Positions 28,805-39,039 are shown, counted from the stretch's first letter. The stretch: DNA of 64,000 nucleotides from a virus (IMGVR_UViG_3300022926_000007:17747-81746), one strand, 5' to 3'. The notes: generated by a model not told the origin, from the sequence alone. Translations and numbers: made by a program.

Positions 28805-29707
28805 CTAAGGGTTTAAGTCTATTGTAGAGCCTGTATGTATTACTGCTCCAGTTGTGTTACTTGTCTTTGTACCACTTATGGTTTCTGTTTTATTACCTGC
28901 TACGGCCACGTTTAGATTGCCGTTTATCTTTAAGTCGTAGTCGCCGTTAACTATGACATCTTTGTCGCCTTGTATATAGACCTTGTTGTCGTTGGTGATT
29001 AAGATGTACTTGTCGTTTTTTATTATTTCAATGGTATCACCGTTTGCTGTCATTTCAATAGAAGTGCCTGACTTGTGACGTAGGTGTATTCGTTCTTTGG
29101 TGTCCGTATCATCAAATTCCATTATATGGCCAGACTCACTTTCGTAAACGTGATTGTATGGATAAACGGCCGCATAATCAATTTCAGGTTGTGACCAAGT
29201 ATTATTTACTCCTACAATATTGGTAATCCTATCGGCCTTTCGTGTCGTCAATGACGCTGCCTCTTTGTCTGGATTATTAACGGCCAACCTATTGGTATCT
29301 GGCTCATCTACCTCTCGTGGATAGACCGACTTTGTTTCGTCATCTGGCCTTGGATTTGGGTCATTAAACCCCTTATTTGGATTTCCCAATAAAGACGGCC
29401 TGCCAGGTAAACTACCTAACACTATAGGCTCTTGTAAGTCTTCATCTCTAAAATATCCAAACACCCAACTACCTTCAACAAAGGCCGAAGGTGATTGGCC
29501 AATTCCTGATATGCCGGCTGATGTAGTAGGTAACAAACAAGTTGCCCAAGGTAAATCGGCCGTTGGTAATTTAATCTTGTCTTGTGTATGATAACCAATA
29601 CAACGTACACGCACACGGCCAGTGTATTGAGGGTCTTGCCTGTCTTCAACTACGCCATTGAACCAGATGAAACCGTTACGGCCTAGAAAATTTTTGTCTG
29701 TAATCAT
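28805..29707 (-). CDS. gp5: Baseplate central spike gp5 (OB fold + beta-helix, no lysozyme domain)
   Basis: WFNGVVEDRQDP...GRVRVRCIGYH, LPWA, YPYNHVYESESGH..EFDDT...ERI, ends IDLNP. Confidence 0.92.
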   Translation of the reverse strand: MITDKNFLGRNGFIWFNGVVEDRQDPQYTGRVRVRCIGYHTQDKIKLPTADLPWATCLLPTTSAGISGIGQSPSAFVEGSWVFGYFRDEDLQEPIVLGSLPGRPSLLGNPNKGFNDPNPRPDDETKSVYPREVDEPDTNRLAVNNPDKEAASLTTRKADRITNIVGVNNTWSQPEIDYAAVYPYNHVYESESGHIMEFDDTDTKERIHLRHKSGTSIEMTANGDTIEIIKNDKYILITNDNKVYIQGDKDVIVNGDYDLKINGNLNVAVAGNKTETISGTKTSNTTGAVIHTGSTIDLNP

Positions 29708-29754
29708 TTTTATTTTTACCGATAATTGTCGCCTTTTAATTCACTCACTATACG

Positions 29755-30003
29755 CTATTTTAACCTATTTCTTCGTACTGTACGCAAATGGCCTATTCTA
29801 TTACTTATACCACTTATAAGGCCTCGTATATACCCAAACCCTTGTCCCATATAGAAACAGGCAGTCGCCAGACTGACTTTAGCTTCGTGGCCTTCTAGTT
29901 TACCCTTGTAGAACCTCATATATTGTCTTCTATCATATTCCTCTATCAGTCTATCGGAGAGGTGGCCGTATGAAGTTCTTATCTTGTTATATAATTTGTT
30001 CAT
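29755..30003 (-). CDS. Hypothetical protein
   Basis: 82-aa ORF inside the compositionally atypical GGCC-rich segment. Confidence 0.4.
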   Translation of the reverse strand: MNKLYNKIRTSYGHLSDRLIEEYDRRQYMRFYKGKLEGHEAKVSLATACFYMGQGFGYIRGLISGISNRIGHLRTVRRNRLK

Positions 30004-30129
30004 TGTCTTTATTTACTTGCCTTTCACTTTCATTTGTGTTATATTGTAGGCCATATACTCATATGTTGATTGGTGGCCTGCTCCACAGCGCTCGGAAGCG
30101 TCGGAAACTCTCTTATTCTCTATACCTCT

Positions 30130-31632
30130 CTAAAATCCATCTCCTATACTCTCGTTGTAATAGTTTTGATCTATTTCGTAGATGTTTTCTACTTTTCTTG
30201 TAAAATCCTTTAATGTAGGTGTAAATTCTGTGGTTTCGGCAACAAACTCGGTGTTTACACTATCTTTCATACACTTTAGTACCATTTCGTGTCTTAATAG
30301 TGTTGGATTAATAATATGTTTTACTGCCATTACCAAGTATCGGCCAGAATAAAAAGGATTAGACTCTTGTGTGTCGCCTTCTTCTATAAGTGGTCGCATA
30401 AGAGGTATATCAAAGGTAATGACATCTCCGGCGTTGATGGCAGTATTACCAAACACTTGTAGAGATAGATTAATATTGTTCATAGCCAGTCTTTGTGAGT
30501 TCTTTTGTTGTACTGTGACTTTTGGATCTATAATTTCATAATCATTGTGTATTTTACTTGTGTTTGACTCAACCATTACTCTGGCGTCTGAATGTTGTCC
30601 AAAGTCTTTTCTTGTATCTTCGTATGGGTGTATAGGTAGTACGCCCTTAAATCTTGCCTTTTCACCGCCACTATCAAATTCTAAATGAAAATGGTTTTTA
30701 AAGTCTGCAAAGTAGTCATAGTTCTTTTCTTCGTATGTCTTGTAAAATGTGTCGTGTGTAAACAATTTAGAGGCATATAAACCCTTGTTGACATTTTCTA
30801 ACATATTGACTGGTCGTTCAAACTCGTACTTAATCACACCTTTCATATCCATTTCTACATCTTTTACGTTCTTGTCTGTATTTGAGTTGGCAATTTGATA
30901 ATAGTAATTAAACTTAATAGGTCGTGGCATATTACCACCCGAAGCAATCATTGACTCTAAACTTCTAAAGTGATAACCGTCTGTTGTTTCGTAAAAGAAA
31001 TAACCTGCGTTGTTGTATTTCTGTGATATGGCGTCTTTGCCTAATAGTTGTATTGCTCTAAAAGGTTTAAAATTAGGTACAACAATCTTTGTGTTGGTGT
31101 TTGTGGGTTCAATAAAAAATCTTTTTTTAGAGTTTAGATATAATGGGTCACGTAATATTGAGTTTACGCCGTTCTCTACTGGTCCTGCGTACGCCTGACT
31201 GACTCTTGTAATACTGTTTCTGTACGCCTCTGGCGAACAAAATAATATTCTATACCGTTGTGCTCTAGGATTGGTTTGATCTACTTCTACTTTTTCTATT
31301 TTGTATATCTGAAATGGAAAACCCTCACCTCTTACATTGTTATAGCCTGGCAGACCTGGAGTATTAAATTTAAGTTCTAACTTTTCTAAACCTGTTATTG
31401 GCAGTATTGTTCGTATATCTTGTGCATCATATACTGTTACTGAACCAAGTATTGAATTGCTTAATATGTCTTCTTTTAATTCTAAAAATTGTATAACACC
31501 ACCAGACACTAAATCCATCTCATAGTTTACACCTTCCTCATCATTACGTCTATAAGATAGTATATTACAAATTTCTAAATTGTAATCACCGGCCTGTTCT
31601 ATAATATTAGGATTCTTTTCATCAACTGCCAT
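30130..31632 (-). CDS. Baseplate hub protein (gp27-like)
   Basis: Lies between gp53 and gp5. FFYETTDGYHFRSLE, V.GNT...AGD, SGRYLV..VKH. Confidence 0.7.
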   Translation of the reverse strand: MAVDEKNPNIIEQAGDYNLEICNILSYRRNDEEGVNYEMDLVSGGVIQFLELKEDILSNSILGSVTVYDAQDIRTILPITGLEKLELKFNTPGLPGYNNVRGEGFPFQIYKIEKVEVDQTNPRAQRYRILFCSPEAYRNSITRVSQAYAGPVENGVNSILRDPLYLNSKKRFFIEPTNTNTKIVVPNFKPFRAIQLLGKDAISQKYNNAGYFFYETTDGYHFRSLESMIASGGNMPRPIKFNYYYQIANSNTDKNVKDVEMDMKGVIKYEFERPVNMLENVNKGLYASKLFTHDTFYKTYEEKNYDYFADFKNHFHLEFDSGGEKARFKGVLPIHPYEDTRKDFGQHSDARVMVESNTSKIHNDYEIIDPKVTVQQKNSQRLAMNNINLSLQVFGNTAINAGDVITFDIPLMRPLIEEGDTQESNPFYSGRYLVMAVKHIINPTLLRHEMVLKCMKDSVNTEFVAETTEFTPTLKDFTRKVENIYEIDQNYYNESIGDGF

Positions 31633-31633
31633 T

Positions 31634-32170
31634 TTATACTCTAACTAGTTTTTCAAATTCTGTTTCAAATGCTCTTAAAAAACCTGGTTTTAATAATTTA
31701 ATTTGTCTTTTCTTATCTTGTAATCTTTGTTCGTATTCATAATTAGTGACAGCAACTGCTCCTGGTTGTGTGCTATTGACTTCTATTAAATAATCATAGT
31801 CATCAGGACCATTTGATGTTGTTGTACCACTTGATTGTGTTATTTCATAATGATGAATACCACTCGGGTTGGCATATTTGTCTTTTACATATGACTCAAA
31901 TGCTTGATATGATAACGGCCAGTCATAGTATCTATCTTTTATATTATTCAATAATAGTATAACATAATAATATCTAACTGATCCATATATCTTGTAGGCA
32001 ATTGTTTCAGGTGAATCACCACTATCTACATCATATTTGTCAAATAATTCGACATTATCTCTAATTGACTCTTTTACTTTAACTCGTCTTAATATATCTG
32101 TTACAAGTTTATAGTTCTTTGTGTTGTCTATGTCGTATAGTATTTTAGGAAACTTTTCAAAATATGCCAT
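31634..32170 (-). CDS. gp53: Baseplate wedge gp53
   Basis: YFEKFP.I.Y, PETIAYKIYG, ILLLNNI.D.YYDWPL, HHYE. Confidence 0.92.
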   Translation of the reverse strand: MAYFEKFPKILYDIDNTKNYKLVTDILRRVKVKESIRDNVELFDKYDVDSGDSPETIAYKIYGSVRYYYVILLLNNIKDRYYDWPLSYQAFESYVKDKYANPSGIHHYEITQSSGTTTSNGPDDYDYLIEVNSTQPGAVAVTNYEYEQRLQDKKRQIKLLKPGFLRAFETEFEKLVRV

Positions 32171-33315
32171 TAGTGACCTCTTTCAATATCTGATTTAGTA
32201 ATAAATGTAGTTTCTTTAAACGCTAAAGTTAAATTTGTCTGTACAGGCGGAGCACCCTTTATAGTTTCTCCTAAACCTGTATTCATAATGTATTCATTAA
32301 ACGAGCTAAACTTACCTTCAGGTCCATATGTTACGTCCATAGTTTCTAATACACTTCTTGTAATTTTATTTAAAAAATCGTTTATATTATTTTTGTAATA
32401 ATAAAATATTTCAAATTCTGAAGGCACTTTAAAAACTCTTCCACCTACAGATGAAGCGTCATAGCCTGGATGCATATGATATTTAAATAACCATATAATG
32501 TTATGTACCATTTCCATTTCATCTTCACTTTTAGGGAAAAATGTAAATGTATAATTAAATGATCTAAAATTTGGTTTATTAAAAAATTGTTCTTCGTGTG
32601 GGTTAATAGCAATACCTAATGCCTTTGAACCTAATTTTACAGGATCACCTATTGAAGCATTACCAAATAAATCACCAACTGCTTTACCCAATTCAGTAGC
32701 CGCACCACCTACAGCACCACCAGCTAATGTTTTAAATTTTTCAAAAGCGCCTGTAGCGTTTTTAGCTTCACCTATAGTTCCTAATAATTGTCCTGATAAG
32801 TCTGTAGGTTCTGTATCATATGTCATTCCATAACTAACTTTAACTCCTGGAGGTAAATACAATGCGATAGCACCTGTTGATACGCTATGTGTTGGAAATT
32901 TTGATATTACACTATTGTTTGATTTTAGAGATCCTGGATTTACACCTTGTTGATTAACCCTTAAATCTTTTATTTCTGGATCACCTGTATCTCTACCGCC
33001 TCCTCCACGACCAATAATTGGTTTTGCCAAACCCACTCTAGCCGCCATTACTTTGTCACTAGAAGTACCACTACCAAAATTATTTGATATACAATAAAAT
33101 ATAACATAGTGACCTAAACCCTCACTACCAATATCTAATGGATATCTTAATCCAGCAAATTTCAATGGATCTTTTTTCATTGATTCTTGTATTGAATCTG
33201 TAATTTCTGTTGCTGATGTATTTGTAATAGAATCAACAAATTTACCTGTAGAATTATTAGATTTAGAATTTAATAATCTATTAGCTCTAAATTGTTGTAG
33301 TGGTATGTTCGCCAT
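32170..33315 (-). CDS. gp48: Baseplate tail-tube cap gp48
   Basis: LRYPLD, IALYLP, INP..EQFF..PNFRSFNYTFTFFPKS..E, LAFKE. Confidence 0.85.
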   Translation of the reverse strand: MANIPLQQFRANRLLNSKSNNSTGKFVDSITNTSATEITDSIQESMKKDPLKFAGLRYPLDIGSEGLGHYVIFYCISNNFGSGTSSDKVMAARVGLAKPIIGRGGGGRDTGDPEIKDLRVNQQGVNPGSLKSNNSVISKFPTHSVSTGAIALYLPPGVKVSYGMTYDTEPTDLSGQLLGTIGEAKNATGAFEKFKTLAGGAVGGAATELGKAVGDLFGNASIGDPVKLGSKALGIAINPHEEQFFNKPNFRSFNYTFTFFPKSEDEMEMVHNIIWLFKYHMHPGYDASSVGGRVFKVPSEFEIFYYYKNNINDFLNKITRSVLETMDVTYGPEGKFSSFNEYIMNTGLGETIKGAPPVQTNLTLAFKETTFITKSDIERGH

Positions 33316-33342
33316 AAATAACCTTTGTTAGTAATATTTATA
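33313..33342. promoter_or_regulatory. Face-to-face late promoters for gp4 (+, CATAAATA) and gp48 (-, TATAAATA)
   Basis: CATAAATA at 33313-33320 and TATTTATA at 33335-33342. Confidence 0.7.
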
Positions 33343-33780
33343 ATGAAAAAGAGAGCAACATATAAGGGTATTTACAGACCCACCAACCCTAGCAAATACG
33401 CTGGCGACCATACAAGAATAGTCTATCGTTCAAATTGGGAGCGTAAGTTTATGGTCTATTGTGATAAAAATGAGGATATTATATATTGGGCAAGTGAAGA
33501 ATTAGCTATACCATATGTTAATCCACTTGATCGTAAAGTTCACCGTTACTATCCTGACTTTATCATAAAAACCAAAAAAGGCAAGCGTTATATGATAGAG
33601 ATAAAACCATCAGCACAAACTAAAAAACCTACACCCAAACTAAAAAAATCAAAGGCATTTATGAGGGAGAGTTTAGAGTATATCAAAAATGTGGCTAAAT
33701 GGCAAGCCGCTGATGTCTATTGTAATGATAATGGTTTAGAATTTAAAATCTTTACTGAAAAAGAATTAGGTATTTACTAA
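33343..33780 (+). CDS. gp4: Head completion nuclease gp4 (TnsA-like)
   Basis: YRSNWERKFM..CD, WASEE..IPY, HRYYPDF, IEIKP, N.AKW.AA. Confidence 0.95.
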   Translation: MKKRATYKGIYRPTNPSKYAGDHTRIVYRSNWERKFMVYCDKNEDIIYWASEELAIPYVNPLDRKVHRYYPDFIIKTKKGKRYMIEIKPSAQTKKPTPKLKKSKAFMRESLEYIKNVAKWQAADVYCNDNGLEFKIFTEKELGIY

Positions 33781-35975
33781 AAGTCGTTTACTCTCTCAGC
33801 ATAGTTGTCAACATCAACATTTAATTTACCTGTGTAAATATTTTGATTACTATTATTACTTACATTATTGACATTGTTATTTGATACTGCCATAGCAGAA
33901 GCGGCCTGTGTTGATTGACCTGAATCTAATATGTCTTTTACACTTCTCAAATCATTTGGTTTAAACTTGTTCAAAACTGGTGAATCTGGTGGGTAATATT
34001 TACCATCTTCAGGATTTAAAACCATATTCATCATTCTATCTTTTGCTATATCTGCTCTTGTTTTAGGTTTTGTTTCTGTTGGTATATCACCGAATTGAGC
34101 ATTTTCTTCAGGCATTTTATTTTTATCCATAATTGCCATAGTAGCAGCCGATATAGGACTAACTTTTGCTAAACCTCTCAATACTGTTTTAAATTTAGAA
34201 AATATACTTTTCTTATCGCCTGGTTTTTGTGTTTCAGTCTGATCGCCAGCAGCATTTTCCATAGCAGCTTCTCCAGCAATATCGCCTGCTGTGCCTGCCT
34301 CTTCTCCTTGAAAACCTTTGAAGAAACCTTTAACTTTATCAAACATTGTTTTACCTGCTTCTTCGGTTCCTATTTTTTTAGCATCAGCATAAGCGTTTTG
34401 TTGTGCTCTATTAATAATCTCACTTGCTTTATTATTTCTAATCATACCATTAAAATATGCTGCTGAAGCAAATCCTAAATTTCTACCTCTGCCAAATATT
34501 TGATCTTGTACTTTATCAAATATTATCTTTTCAGCGTCTTTAGCTTTATCAGGATCATTTTTTAATAATTTTTGAAAGTCTTTATTTTTATATAATTCAT
34601 AGTAATATCCAAATATATCGTTATATAACTTCATATAACCATTTTTAGCAATTTCTTGTTCGGCATCATTTAAATTAATTTGACTAGTTTTTGATACAGC
34701 AAATTTCTTACCATCTTTTTCAATAATATCTTCGGTACTTCTAGCTCCTTCACCCTCTTTTAATTCTCTACTTTGACCAGCAAAAGTATCACCAAACATC
34801 ATTTTATCAAAATCAGCACTTGATTTTTGTCCTGCTTTAGTTTTTCCTAATTTCAATCTCTCTACCGCTAATATTGAAGCCATATCTCCTTCAACACCTG
34901 TAACTTTTCCACCCTCAACTTTTGCTGTAGCTGATAAATCAGGTTTTTTAGTCATATCAATGCCTTTTTTGGCCTCTTTCATTTCAGGTGCTTTCTCAGC
35001 TTCTTTACTTAAATCTTTAGGATTAAGTTTATCGTAATTATATTTTTTAGCCAGTTCTTCTTCATTTTTTTTCTTTTTAGCCGCTTCTGCTTCTTTTTCT
35101 GCTTTAGTTTTAAATAATCCTTTACCTAATTTAGAACCACCAAAACCACCTATTAAACCACCTATTAAACCACCGATTGCCGTACCTATTACAGGAACAA
35201 CAGAACCAATAGCAGCACCAGTAGCCGCTCCAGCAAGAGATCCAGCTACAGCACCTCCTGTTCCTACCATACTTTCTTGTGCCTCACTAGCGCCGTAATC
35301 ATCACCTTCAGCTTGTGATTTTTTCATATCAGAATAATCTAACATCAAAGATGGTATAGCAAATAGAGCAGATAAGACACCAGCTTTACCTGTAGCCATT
35401 TTTGATAAACCTCCTAAACTTCTTTTTCCTAATGCTTTTGCTGTACCACCTACACCTAATTTTTTAGCAGCTCTAGGGTCATAACCTTTATTTACACCAA
35501 AAAATCTTTCAGTACCTCCACCTAATTTTGAACCTCTTAATTTTAGTAATTGTTTAGCACCAGCAGTTCCAGCAGTACCTAGTCCTAAAAATGCTAATGC
35601 TTTACCCATAATCCCCATTCCACCACCTTCACCACTCATTGTTTTAGGTGAGCCTGTTACACCACTAGGACCCATAGCACCACCTCTTGCCATAGTTTTT
35701 TTTAGTTCTCTGGCTAATTCAGTTTGTTGATCTTTAGCTCTACGCTGTTTATCTCTTTCAAAACCTACCATAGCAGACATTGAATAAGATATTTTTTGTA
35801 AATGATTGTTTTGTTTTAAACTATTTTCTTTTAAATCAGATAATATTTTATTTTCTTTAATTTCAATATCTAAACTATCTTTATTACCCATAACACGTCT
35901 ACCACCTAAATTAGGTTTCATAGACTTAACTACTTCTTTTGCTAATTCGTCTTTTAGTACATATTGTTCGGGCAT
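33777..35975 (-). CDS. Tape-measure protein (gp29-like)
   Basis: Helical K/A/G-rich with glycine zipper GAAIGSVVPVIGTAIGGLIGG. Downstream of gp26/gp51. Confidence 0.65.
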   Translation of the reverse strand: MPEQYVLKDELAKEVVKSMKPNLGGRRVMGNKDSLDIEIKENKILSDLKENSLKQNNHLQKISYSMSAMVGFERDKQRRAKDQQTELARELKKTMARGGAMGPSGVTGSPKTMSGEGGGMGIMGKALAFLGLGTAGTAGAKQLLKLRGSKLGGGTERFFGVNKGYDPRAAKKLGVGGTAKALGKRSLGGLSKMATGKAGVLSALFAIPSLMLDYSDMKKSQAEGDDYGASEAQESMVGTGGAVAGSLAGAATGAAIGSVVPVIGTAIGGLIGGLIGGFGGSKLGKGLFKTKAEKEAEAAKKKKNEEELAKKYNYDKLNPKDLSKEAEKAPEMKEAKKGIDMTKKPDLSATAKVEGGKVTGVEGDMASILAVERLKLGKTKAGQKSSADFDKMMFGDTFAGQSRELKEGEGARSTEDIIEKDGKKFAVSKTSQINLNDAEQEIAKNGYMKLYNDIFGYYYELYKNKDFQKLLKNDPDKAKDAEKIIFDKVQDQIFGRGRNLGFASAAYFNGMIRNNKASEIINRAQQNAYADAKKIGTEEAGKTMFDKVKGFFKGFQGEEAGTAGDIAGEAAMENAAGDQTETQKPGDKKSIFSKFKTVLRGLAKVSPISAATMAIMDKNKMPEENAQFGDIPTETKPKTRADIAKDRMMNMVLNPEDGKYYPPDSPVLNKFKPNDLRSVKDILDSGQSTQAASAMAVSNNNVNNVSNNSNQNIYTGKLNVDVDNYAERVNDF

Positions 35976-35979
35976 TTAA

Positions 35980-36309
35980 TTATTTCTTATCTGATTTTGC
36001 TCTACTACCTGTGTATAGACCAAACCAAGCCGCTCCAGCACCAACTACGATTGATACTAAGCCTGATTGTTCCATAGTAGGACTTGATAAATTCATATAC
36101 CAAATTACTACTTTATATAATAGATAAATGTATGTAGATATAAACACTCTTGGAAATATTCTCCAACTATCTACTGCTCTTGCCAAATGAATTAATTTAG
36201 CGTATGGATTAGGTCCTAAATCTTTTACAGATGTGTCAACTTCTAATTCTACGTTTACTTTTTTTGATACCTCTTTTTTATCAGATGGTACTGTAATACT
36301 CTCTTCCAT
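35980..36309 (-). CDS. Two-TM membrane protein
   Basis: DSWRIFPR, QSGLVSIVVGAGAAWFGLY. Confidence 0.7.
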   Translation of the reverse strand: MEESITVPSDKKEVSKKVNVELEVDTSVKDLGPNPYAKLIHLARAVDSWRIFPRVFISTYIYLLYKVVIWYMNLSSPTMEQSGLVSIVVGAGAAWFGLYTGSRAKSDKK

Positions 36310-36494
36310 TACTTCATCTCCCTTTTTCTTTTATCACGCTCTTCTTTTAGATGAGCGACCAACAGATTGATATACACCTCCCTCTCCCAAGGCAACATAT
36401 TTTCTAACTCCGTCAATGAATATTTATGATGTTGCATCAAAGCAAAGTTAGTTTCAAAATAGTTTTGTAAACTATCGTGTGAGAGGGCTATCCG
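36309..36494 (-). CDS. gp51-like baseplate assembly protein, probably reached by -1 frameshift from gp26
   Basis: The -1 frame reads RIALSHDSLQNYFETNFALMQHHKYSLTELENMLPWEREVYINLL... The internal ATG at 36437 has no RBS. Confidence 0.8.
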   Translation of the reverse strand, partial: RIALSHDSLQNYFETNFALMQHHKYSLTELENMLPWEREVYINLLVAHLKEERDKRKREMK

Positions 36495-37204
36495 AAAAAA
36501 TCGTATAATCCTTCCAATGTTACCTTACTTTTAACATTGGTCTTTGGATTTACAACTTCTACCTCTTTTGTCAATTTAGGTGCCGTATCATAAAATCTCT
36601 TAATTTTATTTAATATTTGAGCATCTAAATTTTCTAAAAATTCGTTCATCTCCTCTTTAGTGTAATCAGAACCAGTATATGTTTTTTCACCATAATATAT
36701 TGTATCAATACCTCTTGCCATTATATTAAATAAGTCTGCTGTATCGGCCGCTGTTAAGTCTTTAATTTCCTCAACATCATCAATACTAGGATATCTTAAA
36801 AATATTCCTATTTTCTTATCTTTATCAATAACAATCTCATTTGAATGTTCTTCATCAACTTGAACCTCTATTTTAGTTAAGTCAATATCAACATCAGCAT
36901 AAGTTTCATTGTCATCAGGACATAATACTTTTAATTTTGAAATCTCACCTACTGACTTTGCTCGTATTTGTAAAAATACATATTCAAGGTCAAATAGTGG
37001 AGAGTTTTCTACATCAATAGTATTAAATGTACAAGATTTTACAATATCTTTTACAGCACGAATAAGTGCTTGTTGTCCACCATCTTCTAAAGCCAATAAT
37101 AAAACTTTTTCTTCTTTTACTAAAAAAGGTCTATATTCTATTTTTTGATCTTTAGAGGGAAGTGTCAACTCATATCTTGGCGCCTCAATTTTTGGTAAAG
37201 CCAT
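36488..37204 (-). CDS. gp26: Baseplate hub assembly chaperone gp26
   Basis: MALPKI..P.YEL.LPS, YRPFLVKEEK.LL.A, IRAKSVGE, ends GLYDFFG. Confidence 0.92.
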   Translation of the reverse strand: MALPKIEAPRYELTLPSKDQKIEYRPFLVKEEKVLLLALEDGGQQALIRAVKDIVKSCTFNTIDVENSPLFDLEYVFLQIRAKSVGEISKLKVLCPDDNETYADVDIDLTKIEVQVDEEHSNEIVIDKDKKIGIFLRYPSIDDVEEIKDLTAADTADLFNIMARGIDTIYYGEKTYTGSDYTKEEMNEFLENLDAQILNKIKRFYDTAPKLTKEVEVVNPKTNVKSKVTLEGLYDFFG

Positions 37205-37225
37205 AATTTACTCCTTCTATTTTAA

Positions 37226-38401
37226 TTATAAAAATGGTGGAAATACTCTTCCACCTGTTATTCTACCGATTGGTAAACCTCTCTTAACTTGATTTACTAC
37301 ATCACGTCCTGCTCTTCTTAATTCAGGAGGTAGTTTACTTAAAAACCCACTAGGTTTTTTAATAAGTGATTTCTTTTTACCTGCCAAAGGATTAACTGAA
37401 TATATTTGTGACGTTGGTAAAAACTGTCCTTCACCACCTTGACCTATATTCATATTATCTCCTATGCCTTCAAATTCTGGTTTTTCTGTTGAACCAAATC
37501 CAACTCCTGGCATACCATCAAGTGTCAAGTTTCTCCAAGTTCTATAAGCAAACGTGATTGGTAAATTGTGTACTGTCGCCGTATTACTATATTCTAAAGA
37601 GGCAGTACCAATTGTTTCAGGATAAACTTCAAACAATCTAACAGCATATGTAATTTGTGTAGCAACTTCGGCCTTGCCTGCTATATCATCACCACCTGAC
37701 TCTATTGTTTCAACTGAATTACCTAATTGGTAAATATCAATTGTACCAACATAATTATCATAGTAATTCATATTGTGGCTATCTATATCAAACATAGCCT
37801 TTTGCCAGTTTTCAAAAAATGATCTTTGTCTTAAATATTTGTCGCCATAAAAACTCATTTCTATTTGACCAGGAAAAGTGTATGATGTTGGCATTTTTCT
37901 TTGAGGACCATAAGTTATGTATTCTGTTGATTCTATATCTCTACTAGGAAATTCTGCCTTGTTACACATAGCATTAACGGTTCTTACCATTGTAGATGAT
38001 GTTAATTCATTAGGAGCAACTACACTTGTTTCACCACTATTTGAATCAAAAAGTAAACTATTTGGTAAATTAATTTGAACAATAAATCTATTTGTAAAAG
38101 CAAAACCCTCACCTTGGCCGACCATCGCTAAAAATCTGCCTATTGTTGTTTCTCCTTGTCGTCTTGTTTTTTTACTATCATCACCTGTTAAATCTGAACC
38201 TCTTTGTACTCTTGCTGATTTAGCACCTTTAGCCGCTTGAGCAATTCTAGCTTCTGCTGTATTTACAATTCTTTCACCTGATGGACCTGCTTCTCTACCA
38301 ATTCTAGGATCACTTTCAACATTATCTAAAGACTTATCCCTAGGTAAACCAAGTCTAATATCAAAATTTCCTATTCTTCGGCCGCCTTTTAAAATCGCCA
38401 T
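37226..38401 (-). CDS. Tail-tube initiator / gp54-like protein
   Basis: NRFIVQI, FENWQ, YYDNYVGTIDIYQL, LFEVYP, ITFAYRTW. Confidence 0.7.
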   Translation of the reverse strand: MAILKGGRRIGNFDIRLGLPRDKSLDNVESDPRIGREAGPSGERIVNTAEARIAQAAKGAKSARVQRGSDLTGDDSKKTRRQGETTIGRFLAMVGQGEGFAFTNRFIVQINLPNSLLFDSNSGETSVVAPNELTSSTMVRTVNAMCNKAEFPSRDIESTEYITYGPQRKMPTSYTFPGQIEMSFYGDKYLRQRSFFENWQKAMFDIDSHNMNYYDNYVGTIDIYQLGNSVETIESGGDDIAGKAEVATQITYAVRLFEVYPETIGTASLEYSNTATVHNLPITFAYRTWRNLTLDGMPGVGFGSTEKPEFEGIGDNMNIGQGGEGQFLPTSQIYSVNPLAGKKKSLIKKPSGFLSKLPPELRRAGRDVVNQVKRGLPIGRITGGRVFPPFL

Positions 38402-38468
38402 TATTTACCTTTACATTGACATTGTTTTATGCCAAATATTTTTGCTATAATTTTTTTAATTGTTTTCA

Positions 38469-39020
38469 TTAAATCATTCTCCTACTATCAGAATAAACTT
38501 TATTTGTTCCTGCTTTCTTAAATTGTTGTACAGGTAGATAAACAGCCAAAGCTGCCTCATCAAAATCTATTTTTAAAAACTGTGATCTCACGTGACTATA
38601 CAAATATTTTTTAATTGTTGGTTTTACTAAATTAATTCCTTTAACATCATCATAATTCGCTTCAAACTTTGTAGTTGATTTCATACCACCATCAGCAAAT
38701 TTTTGTAATCTTTGTAATAAGTTAAATCTTAACAAATATGGTAAATAGTGAAAATTTAAACCTAAAAAACCACCTTTAATTGGTTCAAGTGGTAAGACTA
38801 GTGGAAAAGTGTCATAATATGGTAGTTTCTGTTTTGTTTTAGGGTCATAAAAGAACATATTTAATCTACCAGCACTAGGTCTACCAATTAACTTACCTTG
38901 ATTCATTAACTTTCTGGCCGTCACTCTATCAGCGATAGAAGCTACATTACTTCTATACCAAGCTGCTGATTTTCTTATGCCACCTTGCTTATCTACAAGT
39001 GGATCTAGTATATTTGCCAT
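38469..39020 (-). CDS. gp2: DNA end protector gp2
   Basis: FFYDPKTK.KLPYYD.FPL, FLGLNFHYLP, VYSDSR. Confidence 0.92.
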   Translation of the reverse strand: MANILDPLVDKQGGIRKSAAWYRSNVASIADRVTARKLMNQGKLIGRPSAGRLNMFFYDPKTKQKLPYYDTFPLVLPLEPIKGGFLGLNFHYLPYLLRFNLLQRLQKFADGGMKSTTKFEANYDDVKGINLVKPTIKKYLYSHVRSQFLKIDFDEAALAVYLPVQQFKKAGTNKVYSDSRRMI

Positions 39021-39039
39021 AACAATATTTATACGCTGA

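Noticed and set aside
29970-30203. + strand 77-aa ORF between the hub gene and gp5
   Set aside because: No RBS, low-information sequence, and it overlaps two - strand ORFs.
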